NCBI GenBank assembly: GCA_951406725.2
Contig: OX597838.1
Coordinates: forward strand, 7,564,001-7,628,000
Direction: 5' to 3'
Source of the DNA: Octopus vulgaris
Lineage: Eukaryota
DNA length: 64,000 nucleotides
A program made the position numbers and the translations under genes. Positions 24,595 through 40,497 of this stretch are shown piece after piece. The notes beneath the pieces were generated by a model. The model worked only from the letters and a program-made list of their open reading frames with translations. It searched no databases and was not told where the DNA came from. Every line of letters begins with the position of its first letter. Positions within the stretch are counted from its first letter, which is position 1.

Positions 24595-25136
24595 TGTTTG
24601 TGTGTGTGAAATCACGCTATTTGTGATTATAAAACGTACAACAAAGTATAATTTAGATAACTGAGTGTAGGTGAGGTCGATATGATGAAGAATTTATCTG
24701 TACCGGTGGTAAAGCAATTAATCGTGTAACAGAATACAGCTTTCGTTAATATATAATCGCATATTGGCTGACAACTGCTCTCATCGCATTAAACAAAAGG
24801 TTCGCTAGTGGAAATCTCTTCAAATGATTTCAAATTAGCCGGAGGGAAGACAGGAAAGCACAAGCACAAACGTTAGATTTCTTGTGCGAAGGAGGGTCGG
24901 GTCGGTGTTTGTGGTGCGTGTTTCATAATTAACTCCCCATTAAATAGACTTCTTCCGCACGTGTGAGATTGATAATTGTTTTGGAAAAATAGGTGATTAA
25001 TACTTTAGTGCAAAGATGCGGAAAGGTAGACACACGTATACAGGGATACACACACACACATATATATATATATACGTGTGTCTATATATTTAAATGCACC
25101 TTTGCATATATGTATGTACATTTTTATATATGTATG

Positions 25137-25294
<158 letters not shown>

Positions 25295-26095
25295 TATTGG
25301 AATGTAAATATATAAATATATATGTATATATACATATGTATATATATATATGTGTGTGTGTGTGTATATATATATGTGTGTGTGTGTATATGTATATACA
25401 TATATACGTTATAATTTTGTATACATACATGTATATGTATAAATATATCTATCTATCTGTATATATTTCTTTTGTATATATGTCTATGAGTTCATATATC
25501 TATGCCTTTAGATATGTGTGTGTGTGCGTGTGCGTACGCGTGCGTGCGTGTCTGTGTGTGTATGAGGGGAGATACGGATACATAGGTCATGGAGAAATAT
25601 ACGCAAATATGTGTAGAATGAAAAATATATACCATATTTACCAGTGATGTGCGCGTTTGTGTATATATGTATGTGTATGTGTAAGAATAGGAGAAAATAT
25701 ATATTTCATCTTGTTCATCTTGTTCATCTTCGTGTTTGGTTGATTAAAGAAAATATATGATGCTAGTCGAAGATATATGGTTTTAGGTATGGACATGTTT
25801 AGCGTGAAAGAGATTATTTTATGCTGTTAATTCGAGTATATTTAAATGTGTAGAATGGTATGATATATGAGCAACAATGGAGTTGGTGTGCGTACGTTTA
25901 TGAGCATGTAGAGAAGTGTGTGTATATATGTATTGTAAAGATCGATAGATAGGGAGAGAGAAAGAGAGAGAGAGTTAGATAGAGAGAGAGTTAGATAAAT
26001 GGATAAGTAGATAGATATTCATATCTATATATATATATATATATACATATAGATAGGTATATATACATATAGATATATATATATATATAATCTAC

Positions 26096-26126
<31 letters not shown>

Positions 26127-27239
26127 AAAAAGCAGAAGAGATATAAGTATGAACATGCATGCCCACACACACGTGTATGTAAATTTATATATATATATAT
26201 ATATATATATACATGCACATACATACTTACATATATATACGTACATATACGTAGGCATATATTTGTGTATATATATATATATATATATATAACTATATAT
26301 ATATATCCATATATATATATATATATATATAGATAGATATTGTCACTCTGCAACTTTATGTACGCGTGCATGTCTTTATGTGTGTGTATGTTTTTGTGTG
26401 TGTGTATGTTTTTGTGTGTGTGTATGCTTTTGCGTGAGTGTATGTGCATATACGAACAAAGGAATGTAGTACTCAGTGATATTTGATTGGAGTTGCACAG
26501 ATTTAATAAGAATTTGGTTCAGTTCCACACATTTTAAAGTCCCATGAGTAAGTTGAAAACATTTTCGGAATTAGAAGAGAAAGCTTGGGAAAAATTCAAA
26601 ATGTCTAATAGCATTTTAAACCTGTATTAATCAGCTGTATTTACGCTCTCTACGATCGATCGGCTGCTTGTTTTTTTTTCTTCTATTTACGCACAGTTCT
26701 TCGGATAAAATGTTGAAAGGATATTGGCAGCACTTTGGCCGCACGCTGGGCCACAGCGTCTTTCATGATCCAGTTTCTTCTTTTAGACTTCGAATATATT
26801 GTCGCCATTCATTAGCTCAAATTGCAGTTGAGTAGGTACATACTAGCGGCACCAGTCTTTTCCTTTGGAAACGGTGGACAAGAATTGTGCTTATATAATG
26901 AACATAGTTAGTTTGCAATGCATATGGGTAGCACGAATCAACTATACTGCTTCAGTGTGATCTTCAGCTAATATACGGTGGCATATGTCGGTTTTCTGCG
27001 GCCAGCGATTTTAAGTTCACTGTCAGGACGTGCATTTAACATCAACGGTATGTTCTTATTCTTCCTATTGACGGAAACTCTGGGATGGCAGAACATGTGT
27101 AGTTTTTTTATGAATATAGAGTCGGCAAAGGCTAGGACAGGGTGAGTAATTAATTTACTGCTCGAAAAGTAATTTAAATTGTCACGGAATCAAGAGATGA
27201 AACGAAGCATGAATGCAGAATTCTCCATTTTACGGCACC

Positions 27240-27920
27240 TGAAAGAATGTATGTACTGCGTATGCCACCCCTTAATTTATTGGTTGTCGGGTTTGTGTAG
27301 TATGTTGTGATATCTGATGGTGTATGGGTATTTCTATAGATTACAACCTTTGAGAAGTAGAAACTTCGTAGGGGACAGTTGGTAGAACTTCCGCAATTTC
27401 AAGTTGTGTTGTGCTGGTTTTATAGGAATGTGTTTCCATCTTTTGTAGTGTATGACGTTTGAATTGATGTTATCTAAACAGAAGTAGCTGACTTTGACAT
27501 TGCGAGAGATTGAAGAGTTTATAATATCTATGTTCAGTGGGGAAATGCTTCTTTAATTAGCGTGAAGAAGCCCTTGCTATCTTAGAGGAAATTACAAATT
27601 TGAATGGCGATTTAAATCAGATAATGTTTCCTTTCCAGACTCTCTATTTGTACAGATATGGATGTGAAAGGTTCACCACATCAAGGTACCGATAATACTA
27701 TTCCTCACTAATACCTTGTTATATCGAGGCCCTGTTGAAGATCTCTGTGTTCGATAGCAAATTAGAGATTCTTCTACTGATACTCGAGACTAAATTTCTA
27801 ATGACATTAATTATGATTCCGCTGAGCGACAAACTGACTATCATATTTATTGAAATTATACAACAAATTTGTAAAATGCCCCGCATTCCGCTAATTGCTG
27901 TCAACAACTATCAATAAGTG
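27240..27920 (-). mobile_element. Penelope-like retroelement ORF remnant
   Basis: GNII*FKSPF...FFTLIKEAFP matches the PLE IIWFNPPF...FLxLIDKHFP region. Confidence 0.65.
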
Positions 27921-29412
27921 TTAGCTTCCTTTCTCTATGAAGGAAATTTGAATATTTTTGTATTTCCAAGAATTCAGTTGCATTTTTATCATTATGTGAT
28001 TGGTCCATTTGCTTTATTTTTCAATTCTGTTTTAAATGTGCACGTTTATATCACAGATTGTTCGTGCGCAGGTGTGGCTGTGTGGTAAGGTGTTTGCTTC
28101 TGAACCAAATTGCTCTAGATTCAATCCCACTGCGTGGCACCTTGGGAATATGCCTTCTGCTATAGCGTCGGGCGGACAAAAGGCTTGTGAGTGAAGTTGA
28201 TAGACAGAAACTGAAAGAAACCCGCCGTATGTATATGTCTGTGTGCGTACACGGATGTGTCCGTGTATGTGCGCGTGCATATGTACACGTTCGTGTGTGC
28301 ATACGCAGGTCTTTGTACCTTCATCTGTCTCGCATCCCACATAAACAACCGGTGTTCTTGTGCTTACGTCCAAATAAATTTGCAATTCGGCAAAATGAGA
28401 CAGATAGAAATTGGTAATTAGGCAGTGTATTACATATCCCAGGGCCCGAATAATTACAGGTATAAACCTGAACTTGTAATCTGGATAGAGTAACTACAGA
28501 TTTCTCAATAGCTCAGCTCAGCGTAGGTTTTTCTCTTTTTCACTGATCCTCAGCTTTATACCAACATTCGCTGACTGAGCAGCTGATTGCCACAACTATA
28601 CAGTTTCTCTTCTCTATCTCAAAACAGTTATCAGCTCTGTATATATGTATGTATTTCTGTGTGTATGTATGTGTGTGTCTGTGTGTGTGTGTGTGTTTCC
28701 ATCAAACATTTGTGACTTAAATGACACGCCCGAGTTTGAAATTTTTTGTACGTGCGCATGTATGAAGACGCATGCGCGCATTTGGGTGTATGTGTATGTT
28801 TATATGTCAGATCAGGTATGTGTGTTTGTTGTGGTGTGTGTATATGTTTGCTTATTATGCGTATGCATGCGTGAATTTGTCTGTGTGTGTGGTTTTGTGC
28901 GGTGTTGTATGTGTGGACGATATGCACGGGTAACTGTGTGTGTGTATAAATGTATAAGTCAAATAACTCAACATACCAGTGTGTTTGTGTGTGTGTGTGC
29001 CAGTATATTTGTGTGCGAGAAAGAAGGAAAGAGATTAATAAAAACACAGAGAGAAAGAAATAAAGAAAAGAAAGAAAGAAGGAGTGAGGGAACGAAAGAT
29101 AAGTGATAAAGAGAGAGAGACAAAGAGGGAGGGAGTGATGCGTGTGGAAGGAGTAACTAATTGATGACATCAGAAATAATTAAAGAGCGGTTTCCAAAGT
29201 TGGTTCTGTTAATAATGACTGTGAAGAAAGAGGTTTTCATGAGATAATAGCGGGGAGGGGGGAATCGAGAAGAGAAGCATAACAAGTGTGTGAGAGGAGT
29301 GGGAGAATGAGAAAGAAAGAAAGAAAGAAACAGAGAGAGAGAGAGAGTGGGAAGGTGCTTAACGGAGAGAAAAAGGGAAAAAAGATTGACAAAAGAAATG
29401 AAGTAAAAAGCG

Positions 29413-29449
<37 letters not shown>

Positions 29450-29662
29450 GGGGTGGTAGATTTACGGGCATAGATACAGAATGAGAGAAAAACAGGAAAA
29501 TTAATTGGGAAGGAGTGAGGGAGGGTGAAGAGAGAAAGTGAGAGAAGAAGAGCTACCGATAAAAGAAAATAATAGTGGTACAAGAAGGAGCAGGGAAAGA
29601 GATCGGCAGATAGATAGAGAGGTAGACAGACAGACAGACAGATAGACAGAAAGGTAGGTAGG

Positions 29663-29723
<61 letters not shown>

Positions 29724-29858
29724 TAAGAGCTAGACAGACAGAGAGAAAGACAGAAACATAGACAGATAGATAGATAGATAGATAGACAGACAGATAGATA
29801 GATAGAGTTTATTTATTGGCCACACAGGGCTGCACACAGATGGGACAAGTTACAAGGT

Positions 29859-29904
<46 letters not shown>

Positions 29905-29919
29905 GAGAGTTAGACCGAC

Positions 29920-30000
<81 letters not shown>

Positions 30001-30067
30001 TAGAGAGAGAGAGAGATAGACAGACAGAGAGATAGACAGAAACATAGATAGACAAATAGATAGATAT

Positions 30068-30105
<38 letters not shown>

Positions 30106-30209
30106 GGATAGATAGATAGATAGAGAGAGAGAGATAGAGATATATATATATATATATATATATAAAGAGATAGACAGGCAGAGAGATAGACAGAAACATA
30201 GATAGACAA

Positions 30210-30251
<42 letters not shown>

Positions 30252-30277
30252 GGATAGATAGATAGATAGATAGATAC

Positions 30278-30356
<79 letters not shown>

Positions 30357-30738
30357 TAAAGATTGACAGGCAGATAAATAGAGCTAGATAAATATAAACA
30401 TAAAGAACTGGAGAGAAAGAGTGTGAGACAGAGAGAGAGAGAGAAAGAGAGAGAGAGAAAGAAAACGAATGAATAAAAGCTATTTTCATGTATTCCATTG
30501 TTTCTTAATCTCTTATCTATAACAAATATATTTTATTCTGTTTCGAGTCGAATGCATCATTGTGTAAGTTAAATGTGAGGATTTCAATTATTTCCTTTAT
30601 TGTCATTCATTTTGTCCCGTTTTTATTATCTGGGAGATTTTATTTCTGGTCGTCGTCCTTCAGGGATTCATTCTTAGAGTGTTTTTGCGAATATTTCTTT
30701 CCTTTGTTTATGCTGAATTTTCTTGTCGTTTCTCAGTG

Positions 30739-30821
<83 letters not shown>

Positions 30822-30921
30822 ATCTATCTATCTGTCTCTATCTCTCTCTATCTCTCTATCTATCTCCCTCTTTCTTTCTCTCTCTCTCTTTCTTTCGCTC
30901 TCTCTCCCTGCCGTTCTCTCT

Positions 30922-31030
30922 ACACACACACGCTCACATACACACACGCTCACATACACACACGCTCACATACACACACGCTCACATACACACACGCTCA
31001 CATACACACACGCTCACATACACACACGCA
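30922..31030. repeat. 16-bp minisatellite (cacacacgctcacata), about 6 copies
   Basis: Direct reading. Confidence 0.9.
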
Positions 31031-31840
31031 AGCACAATCACACACACATATACAATCATACACACAAGCACATGCATACTCTCTCACACACACACACATA
31101 CACACAAGCACAGGCACGCAGATACACACATATATATACAAACACACAAACACACACACACACAAGCACACACACACACACGCACACACACACAAGCACA
31201 GGCACGCAGACACACACACACACAAGCACACACACACAAATACACAAACACGCACACACAAGCACATACACACACACATATCTTATTTTTCTAGTGTTGT
31301 AAAATACTGCTTTAAGAATTTTTATTGATGTTACGTCATTGAAGACAGAATCATTACGTAAATTATTTTGTTTCCATATTTATTTTATCATCATCAACTT
31401 CAACATCATTAGCGTCGTCATCATCAACATCATCATCTTCATCATCATTCTTTTTCTTCTTCTTCTTCTCCGTCTTTTCCGTCTTCTTCTTCTTCTTCTT
31501 CTTCTTCTTCTTCTTCTTCTTCTTCTTCTTCTTCTTCTTCTTCTTCTTCTTCTTCTTCTTCTTCTTCTTCGCTTTAAGATGCCACATCTTTTGTATTTCA
31601 ATTTCCAAAGCCATATATTTTCATAATTTGTCGAATTCCTTTATAGATGAGTTTGTTTTTTTTATCAGTGGGAACGCTGACATCTATTAGTTGTCATATA
31701 TGTTTTCTTTAAGGTGACGAGCTTCTTCTTCTTCTTCTTCTTCTTCTTCTTCTTCTTCTTCTTCTTCTTCTTCTTCTTCTTCTTCTTCTTCTTCTTCTTC
31801 TTCTTCTTCTTCTTCTTCTTCTTCTTTTCTTCTTCTTCTT

Positions 31841-31920
<80 letters not shown>

Positions 31921-32931
31921 TATTATTATTATTATTAATATTGAATGAGAGAGCAGTGCATGCCATCAAAGTGACACTGGGGTACAATATACGGGCCCAG
32001 TTAGAATTTTCTTCTGGTCGAGTAACCCATCCCGCTCAAAAGGTCCCTGAATAAATAAGGGTTGTTTAAGGATGTTGAACGAAACACCCACGTTTCCAGA
32101 GGTGAATTATTTAAACCCCAAAGTATCTTTCTCAACACACGGCTATGATGCTCCCGCACTACTTTTGCTTGTAATCAGAGATGCACATATCGTCAGCCAC
32201 TATGTGACAGGGTCAACTAATTACGGTCAAACCGTATTTCGTCTACCGTTACGTTCTGAGTTCAAATTCCGCCGAGGTCGACTTTTCCTTTCATCCTTTC
32301 GGGATCGATAAATTAAGTACCAGTTACGAACTGGGGTCGATATAATCGACTTAATCCCTTTGTCTGTCCTGGTTTGTCCCCTCTGTGTTTAGCCCCTTGT
32401 GGGTAGTAAAGAAATAGGTGTTTCTATATCATTCACAGACAGACTCAGAGGCATACCACCAAGACAACAGATTTATAAAGATAGTGGCGATGTTTGAATA
32501 TTTACACCACATATTTATAACATGTCCTACGTTGGTTTGTATGCCGAAAAATACAGAGTATTTGCCTTCATTATTGTTTGTTGTTGTTAGATTATAGAGA
32601 CGGATCATACAGTAAGGGAGTTATTAACTTGTTATTTATTAATAATGTTAGTACATATTAGGCTTTTAGTTTATTTGTTAGCTTTTTTAGTAATTTTGCC
32701 TGTATATTTTATTTTTTCCTTTATGATTACTAAAAACCCGTGTAGAGATCCTATTTCAGGATGAATGATTTTGGCTGCTGTGTTATCAAAATCAGTGAGT
32801 TATGGAGTTATACGATTTATGAAGTCGTTTAAATATTTAGGATAATAATTATATAATCTTATTGATTGTTATGTGTATATGGGGAGGTTTATTAACTTCT
32901 ATTATTTCATATTTCTGCCAACACAATCCAG

Positions 32932-32985
32932 TTGAGGTGCAGAACAAAGATACAACACGTGAAACAAAGAAGGAAGTGAAACAAG
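32932..32985 (+). CDS. Isolated candidate exon EVQNKDTTRETKKEVKQ
   Basis: ccAG acceptor, aag|GTGAGG donor, 54 nt, only phase 1 open, purine-rich. Confidence 0.3.
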
Positions 32986-33637
32986 GTGAGGGTTTATTTC
33001 AACTTTGATTACTGTGTGAATTAAGAGACAGTTTTAAATATTCTTAGCGGATTAATATAATTATATTTCTGACACGCCAGGTATCCTTCATCGTGCTAAT
33101 AGAATATAGAAGAAAAATTCTAAAAAAAAATTCATGTTTATCATGGTTCGGTGCTATATAATTTAATATCTGGAGATTTAAAGGAATGAAAAAAAAAAAA
33201 TTTCGAGCAATGTCTATTAAAAAAAAAAACATAAATTTTCCGTAGCTGGACGCAAAATATGTTGCTGCAACAGCGAATTTGCAGCCCGAAGCTTTGTCAA
33301 GTCATCCAGAAAATACGAGACGGAACTTCAAAACTGTTTCACTGTCTCTTCTCTCTTAATCATTCTCTCTGCCTTTCGTTCTCTTTCTGTTTCTCCCTCA
33401 CCATATATATATATATGTATATATATATACATATATATACAAACACACACACACAAATTAAAAAAAATATGCGATATGAAAGACATGGGGCGTAATGAGA
33501 CGGCAAAGAAATCCATAGATTTCAAGTTTCAGGAAGAATTCGCAGTCTGACATAAAAATACATAGCGTTGCTATCACCTAGGGCGTCAATATAATCAGTT
33601 CTCAAAATACATCAAAAATGCATCTTCCAGCTAGATG

Positions 33638-33689
<52 letters not shown>

Positions 33690-33700
33690 TAATAATAATA

Positions 33701-33732
<32 letters not shown>

Positions 33733-34099
33733 AATAATAATAATAATAATAGTAATACATATATTAAAAAGGTTGTATAATAAACATTTCAATGCTTATA
33801 ATATATCGGAGTCGTTATATTTTGCGCGTTCTTTTATTTTATACTTCATTTAAGTTTCCATATATTTCTCTGAATATCGTTCAGTTTATACTGTAAGTTG
33901 TTTAACTATATTAAATCTATAAAAATAGAGATAATTAGTTTCATATTTCTAGATATATATCTTGCTATAATTCTTGCATTTTTTTCTCTAACAGAAAGTT
34001 TATTTGAAATTGTAAAAAGAGGTATTTTATACGACAGAACTTTAGCCTCTATTGTTTATATGAAGTATCGTTACTCTTTCGGGAGTACACTTAGTTATT

Positions 34100-34640
34100 T
34101 GGCTGGCACACCAACCATTATTCCAACAGAAAGCAATTTCACCAAGCATCTCGATCCATTATTGCCACCGCGAACAGAACCGATCCCCCGTGTCCTTCTG
34201 TTGGTTGTCGATGCATGCCAGGCAATGCCCACATCATAATGTGTGTCTCAGAGTACACGTTTATATAATTCTCCTTCATGGTCCCATATGCAATGGCATA
34301 ATATTAGGTGTTCTCTGATGTTGTTGGTCACTTCTGGAACACTTCGTTGGCCATATGGTACTGTCATTATGAATCCAGGGCTATTCGTATCATATTTCGG
34401 TAAGAGTCATCTAAACTCTGCGTATTTGACAAGTCTTCATGTTTTTCCTCATACAGGAGCACCGATTCGACAATGGCAAGGAACAGTTTCATTTTCGCTC
34501 CCCTGAAAGTCTTTACTTCCATGTTTACTTGAGTTTGTGACTGGCTGTGTAATAGTATGCCTTTCTGACTCATCAACTACCAAGAAACCTGAAATACTCA
34601 ACCGAATTCATCTTCGGTGCATATATTATTGGTAGATCAA
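34100..34640 (-). mobile_element. RTE-like LINE remnant
   Basis: KMKLFLAIVESVLLYE...LDDSYRNMIRIAL matches the RTE post-RT motif. Confidence 0.75.
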
Positions 34641-34644
34641 CGTT

Positions 34645-34995
34645 TTTAAAAGTGCCCGAACAAGGGCGACGCACCAAGAGGGAACAGGATATCCGTCAAC
34701 CTTCACCCCTGACGTGATTATTCAACGAGTTTGACAGATGGTTCGGGCAAACTGCCGAGTGACGAGTGACATGGTATATTCTTTGCAAATCACTCACGGT
34801 TCTGCATCATCCACGGCAAGATTCGCTTCTGTGAAGTCTGCCTGAGATGGATGACAGGTATGAGCGCTATCGTGTGGCGATCTGTCAAAATTTGCTCGAC
34901 ATCAACAATAATAAAGCGAAGAATATTTGGAGAGGATTATCACTGGAGAGGAAACTTAAAAGCAGAATCCAAACAGTACGAAATAGAGTGGAAAC
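34645..34995 (+). mobile_element. mariner transposase remnant
   Basis: Degenerate GRPST, LQITHGSA and KVCxRW motifs. Confidence 0.65.
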
Positions 34996-35020
34996 ACCCG
35001 ATATGTATGTATATATATAT

Positions 35021-35245
35021 ATATTTCTTTACTACCCACAAGGGGCTAAACACAGAGGGGACAAACAAGGACAGACAAAGGGATTAAGTCGATTACATCG
35101 ACCCCAGTGCGTAACTGGTACTTAATTTATCGACCCCGAAAGGATGAAAGGCAAAGTCGACCTCGGCGGAATTTGAACTCACAACGTAACGCAGACGAAA
35201 TACCGCTAAGCATTTCTCCCGGGGTGCTAACGTTTCTGCCAGCCA
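35021..35245 (-). mobile_element. SINE, gcctttcatcc family (monomer)
   Basis: Family match. Others at 32232-32420, 51198-51411, 54438-54678, 55762-56000 and 62865-63090. Confidence 0.9.
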
Positions 35246-35270
35246 GGTCATCCCATAGGACATCCCCATA

Positions 35271-35302
<32 letters not shown>

Positions 35303-35320
35303 ATATATATATAAATATAA

Positions 35321-35362
<42 letters not shown>

Positions 35363-35680
35363 GATAGGGTGATGGTTTGTTGTCGTGGGGTTTTATAAAC
35401 TTTTCAGAGAATGTGAAATTCTACGTTATGATTGACGTTCTTGAAGCTGTAAATAGCAACGAGTAAATATTGGTTTAAAACCCCCTTTCGGATTAGAACA
35501 TTCGAAGATCATCAGTGAGACACTGACACATTCCCTCAAGCCATGGCACAGCAAACCGTATTCCTACATCAATTTAGAAACTTTATTGATACCAGTACGA
35601 AATGAACTTTGTATGTACACACACACACATACATAATATATTCATTCATACATACATACATACATACATACATACATACA

Positions 35681-35713
<33 letters not shown>

Positions 35714-35727
35714 GGATGCATGAATGC

Positions 35728-35837
<110 letters not shown>

Positions 35838-36960
35838 GGATTTTGAGATTCAGAGATATTGTTTTTAATAATTCAGAAAATATTATATATGTTAAAATAC
35901 CTATTCCTTTTTTGGAAATATCAGATTTCGCAAAAATTTTTGATTTAAAAAAAATCATCTAATTTTTAAAAGGAAAATAGAAACATGAATTTTTTAAAGA
36001 AATTACAATACCGTAAGTAATATTTCTTATGCGTTATTTTACTTCGGCGAAAAATTTACTTCCCACATACAACTTGATAGAATTATATTTAATACTACAC
36101 GTATTAGCAGAAATACATGCATGTGGTAAGAAGCTTTTCTTACCAAGAGAATGAGTCCGGGTTCAGTCCCACTGTGTGACACGTTGCGAAAGGGTCTTCT
36201 ACTGTCTCTGTTGTTATACGGTGTATCGTTACTCGTTGGCACACTAGGACTTAATCAAGGAGGTGCCAGTGTTTTGATCAGGGATCCATGCAGGTTGTTT
36301 TCCGGGTTGTTCTCTCTCTGCTGGAAGATGGTTAATGGTGATGAAGCACCGATGGTCGGTGCAAAACTCAAGCAAGTGCCACCCATTGGTATTGCAGTTC
36401 CCAACCGCATGCTTTCCGAGGAATCCTCTCCAAGTTTTTTGAATTTCTCACCACCCTGGTGTGGAAATATCCTAGAATTTTGACTTTATCATCGACAGGT
36501 TTCCATCGTTACATTGCTTGGAGAGTTGTAATCGTGGTCGTAGACTCGGACAGATCCTTTGGTCTGAACGATGGAGCTTTAAGGCGAAGTGCAGTCTGTG
36601 CAGAACTGGCCCTATCCTTTATGTTGGTGTCTTCAGGTCCCCATAACATTAGGAAAAGAGACCGATAAAATAAGTACTACGCTTACAAAGAATAAGTCCT
36701 GGGGTCAATTTGTTCGACTAAAGACAGTGCTACAGCATGGCCGCAGTCAAATGTCTAAAACAAGTCGGCGGTTGCCTTTCCCTTCGATAACATCAGTGGC
36801 GTAGAGTGTGAAGGTGCATGGGCGACTGCTGGTCTTTCATAAACTTACTTGCCCGGATTTGTGCCTCGGAGGGTTGCATACTAGGTGTAATCCCATGGCC
36901 ATTAATGACGGCAGGGGTCTTTACTTTACGTTATATACATATATACGCACACACAAACAC

Positions 36961-37121
<161 letters not shown>

Positions 37122-37142
37122 TATATATATATATATATATAT

Positions 37143-37173
<31 letters not shown>

Positions 37174-37177
37174 TGTA

Positions 37178-37214
<37 letters not shown>

Positions 37215-37717
37215 GTGTGTCTTTTTGTGTGTGTGTATTTATGCCTTCACGTACATCTATATACACGGGGATTTGTAGACGTCGTGTAGGTCTGTAAATG
37301 TGCGTTATTTGCGCTCGTAAGCACACCGTTACGATTATCTCGTTTTCGTAGAAGTAAACCTACAGCGAGCAGGAATATTTGGTATTTAAATATATCTGTC
37401 CAGAATTCTATAGCTAATATGATCGTAAAAAGGAATGGCACATCATCGGTGGAACAATTACAAGAACTGTCAGAATTACTCTGTTCATAATTCTCGGTCT
37501 TAGCTCTGTCAGACTTGTAAGTCACCTCCTAGCAGTTAAATTTCAAATACATCTTGACACTATGTAAATAAACCACGCATTCTGACAGTACACCACTTCA
37601 CATTACATTTTTCTATATTAACCTTAAATTTAAGCAAATGCATAAACAAACATATATACACTACATACATACACACAAACACACACACACGCATATATGT
37701 ATGTATATATATATACA

Positions 37718-37806
<89 letters not shown>

Positions 37807-37817
37807 GTACATACATG

Positions 37818-37864
<47 letters not shown>

Positions 37865-37899
37865 TGTTATGTGCCGGGGAGAGTCATTTTCTTTTTGTT

Positions 37900-38155
37900 C
37901 CTTATAATTTAATACACTCACCGGTAAAATTCCCACTTATTTCTTATTTTTATTTTCCTAAAATTTTCGTTGCGTCTTGCAACCTTTTCAATAGTCTTGA
38001 CTCTCTCTGTTAGTTGCACTGCGTTCCTTTTTGTTTGTTTGTGCACGGTCCGAGTCAAGACTACTGAAAAGGTTGCAGGAATAAAGGAAAATTTTGGGAA
38101 AATAAAAATAAGAAATAAGTGGAAATTTTACCGGTGAGTGTGTTACATTATAAGG
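37900..38155. repeat. Fold-back inverted repeat: ~104-bp arms, 48-bp spacer
   Basis: 37900-38003 is largely the reverse complement of 38052-38155. Confidence 0.9.
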
Positions 38156-38458
38156 CTTGAGCTAACTTTTGTTTATTTGCATTAATTTATAAATATACAG
38201 TTACATTGTAAAGTCCTAAGCATACATATCAAAGCATGCATATGAACGCATAGTTTGTAGGTTGCGAAACAGCCGTAATCCCATGGACGTTACATATTTA
38301 AAGAACTATATGTTCATTTCTTTTGCTTCATGAACTTGTTTCTAAATTTGTTCTTGCGTGCGTACATGTAACGCACATGCACACACACATACAAACACAC
38401 ATCTATATACATACATTCTCAAGCTCATTCGGGTACAAACACATAAACGCACAAATAT

Positions 38459-38503
<45 letters not shown>

Positions 38504-38935
38504 AATACAAATATAGCTGCATACATATTAGTGAAATGACCTGGTATCGAACCCATGATTTTATAATTTCCGATTTGGCACTAATTTCCAGATCTATAAA
38601 TGTTTCAAATTGCTTTAATAACAGAATTACTTGGAATGTGTGCCTTCTTTGGGAATATTTACCTGCTTATTAACAAATACGTTGAATGACGTCACTAGAT
38701 TTGGCAAATTCTTCCCAAATAATTGACTGAAGGTTTCTCACATGACTTAAACGGTAAATTAAGAGGAGCTATTTCTTTGCAACGGCATGAAGTTAAATGT
38801 TCAATATTCATGATCAATGACTTGTATTGGCGGATGTAGAATACTTGAAACTATATTCTCCTTTGGCGCGTGTTTAATATCCTGGCAATACGTCGATATA
38901 TACACATAAGTATACACCATATATAGTTGTGTAAT

Positions 38936-38981
<46 letters not shown>

Positions 38982-38982
38982 C

Positions 38983-39022
<40 letters not shown>

Positions 39023-39104
39023 ATACATATAACATATATATAAGCATATGCATACGTACATGCCTATATATGTGGGTATACAGATAGATACATAGATGGA
39101 TGGG

Positions 39105-39176
<72 letters not shown>

Positions 39177-39197
39177 CAGATAGATAGATAGATAGAC

Positions 39198-39316
<119 letters not shown>

Positions 39317-39325
39317 CAGATGGAC

Positions 39326-39414
<89 letters not shown>

Positions 39415-40107
39415 TGTGCTTCATTCTGAGAAACTAAATAGATGTTCCCTACCCAAAGGTACCCGTCAGATCAGTCAGTCAGTCAGTCTGCTTGGCAGAA
39501 ATAACAAGGAAGTTTCAATCAAGCTTACCTTCTGAATTCCTACCACCATATTCTGTTATTTAGAAACAAGAGAAGTCAAAAACAGACAAAAGAAAATTGA
39601 AAGTATGTTTGCACGATCAGCTCTGATTTTTGACTTCTGTTAACGTTTTAAAGCGTATGTATGTCAAGTTCCGAAATATTCCTTGACAGACATCCTGGGC
39701 CGGTAAGTTGAAATACCAGTGAAAAGAGGTAGGTCGATGTAATCTAATTTACCTTCCTTAAAATCCTATTTTTTTGCATACTTTATGTTAAAAATGATGG
39801 TTTGGCTTAATATAGACGTGGACGGCAAATTGAGTTGTCGAGAGCGATCGAACGAAATATCTTTCATTTTCTGCATGTTTCTCTCATTCGACAGGGGCCA
39901 TACTGGGGCACGTTTACAATGGTTAAGTCGAACGATGCGGCCCCAGCGCTAATTTTAATTTTTCTACGCGGTAGTTATACTCTGGGTCTCGTTTACCAAA
40001 CGGCTAAATTACTGAGATTTAAAAAAAAAACCTTAACACCAGTTTCAACCCGTGATGAGAGACAGAACCTAGCACAATGTATATTTATATATAACATTAT
40101 GTATAGA

Positions 40108-40497
<390 letters not shown>

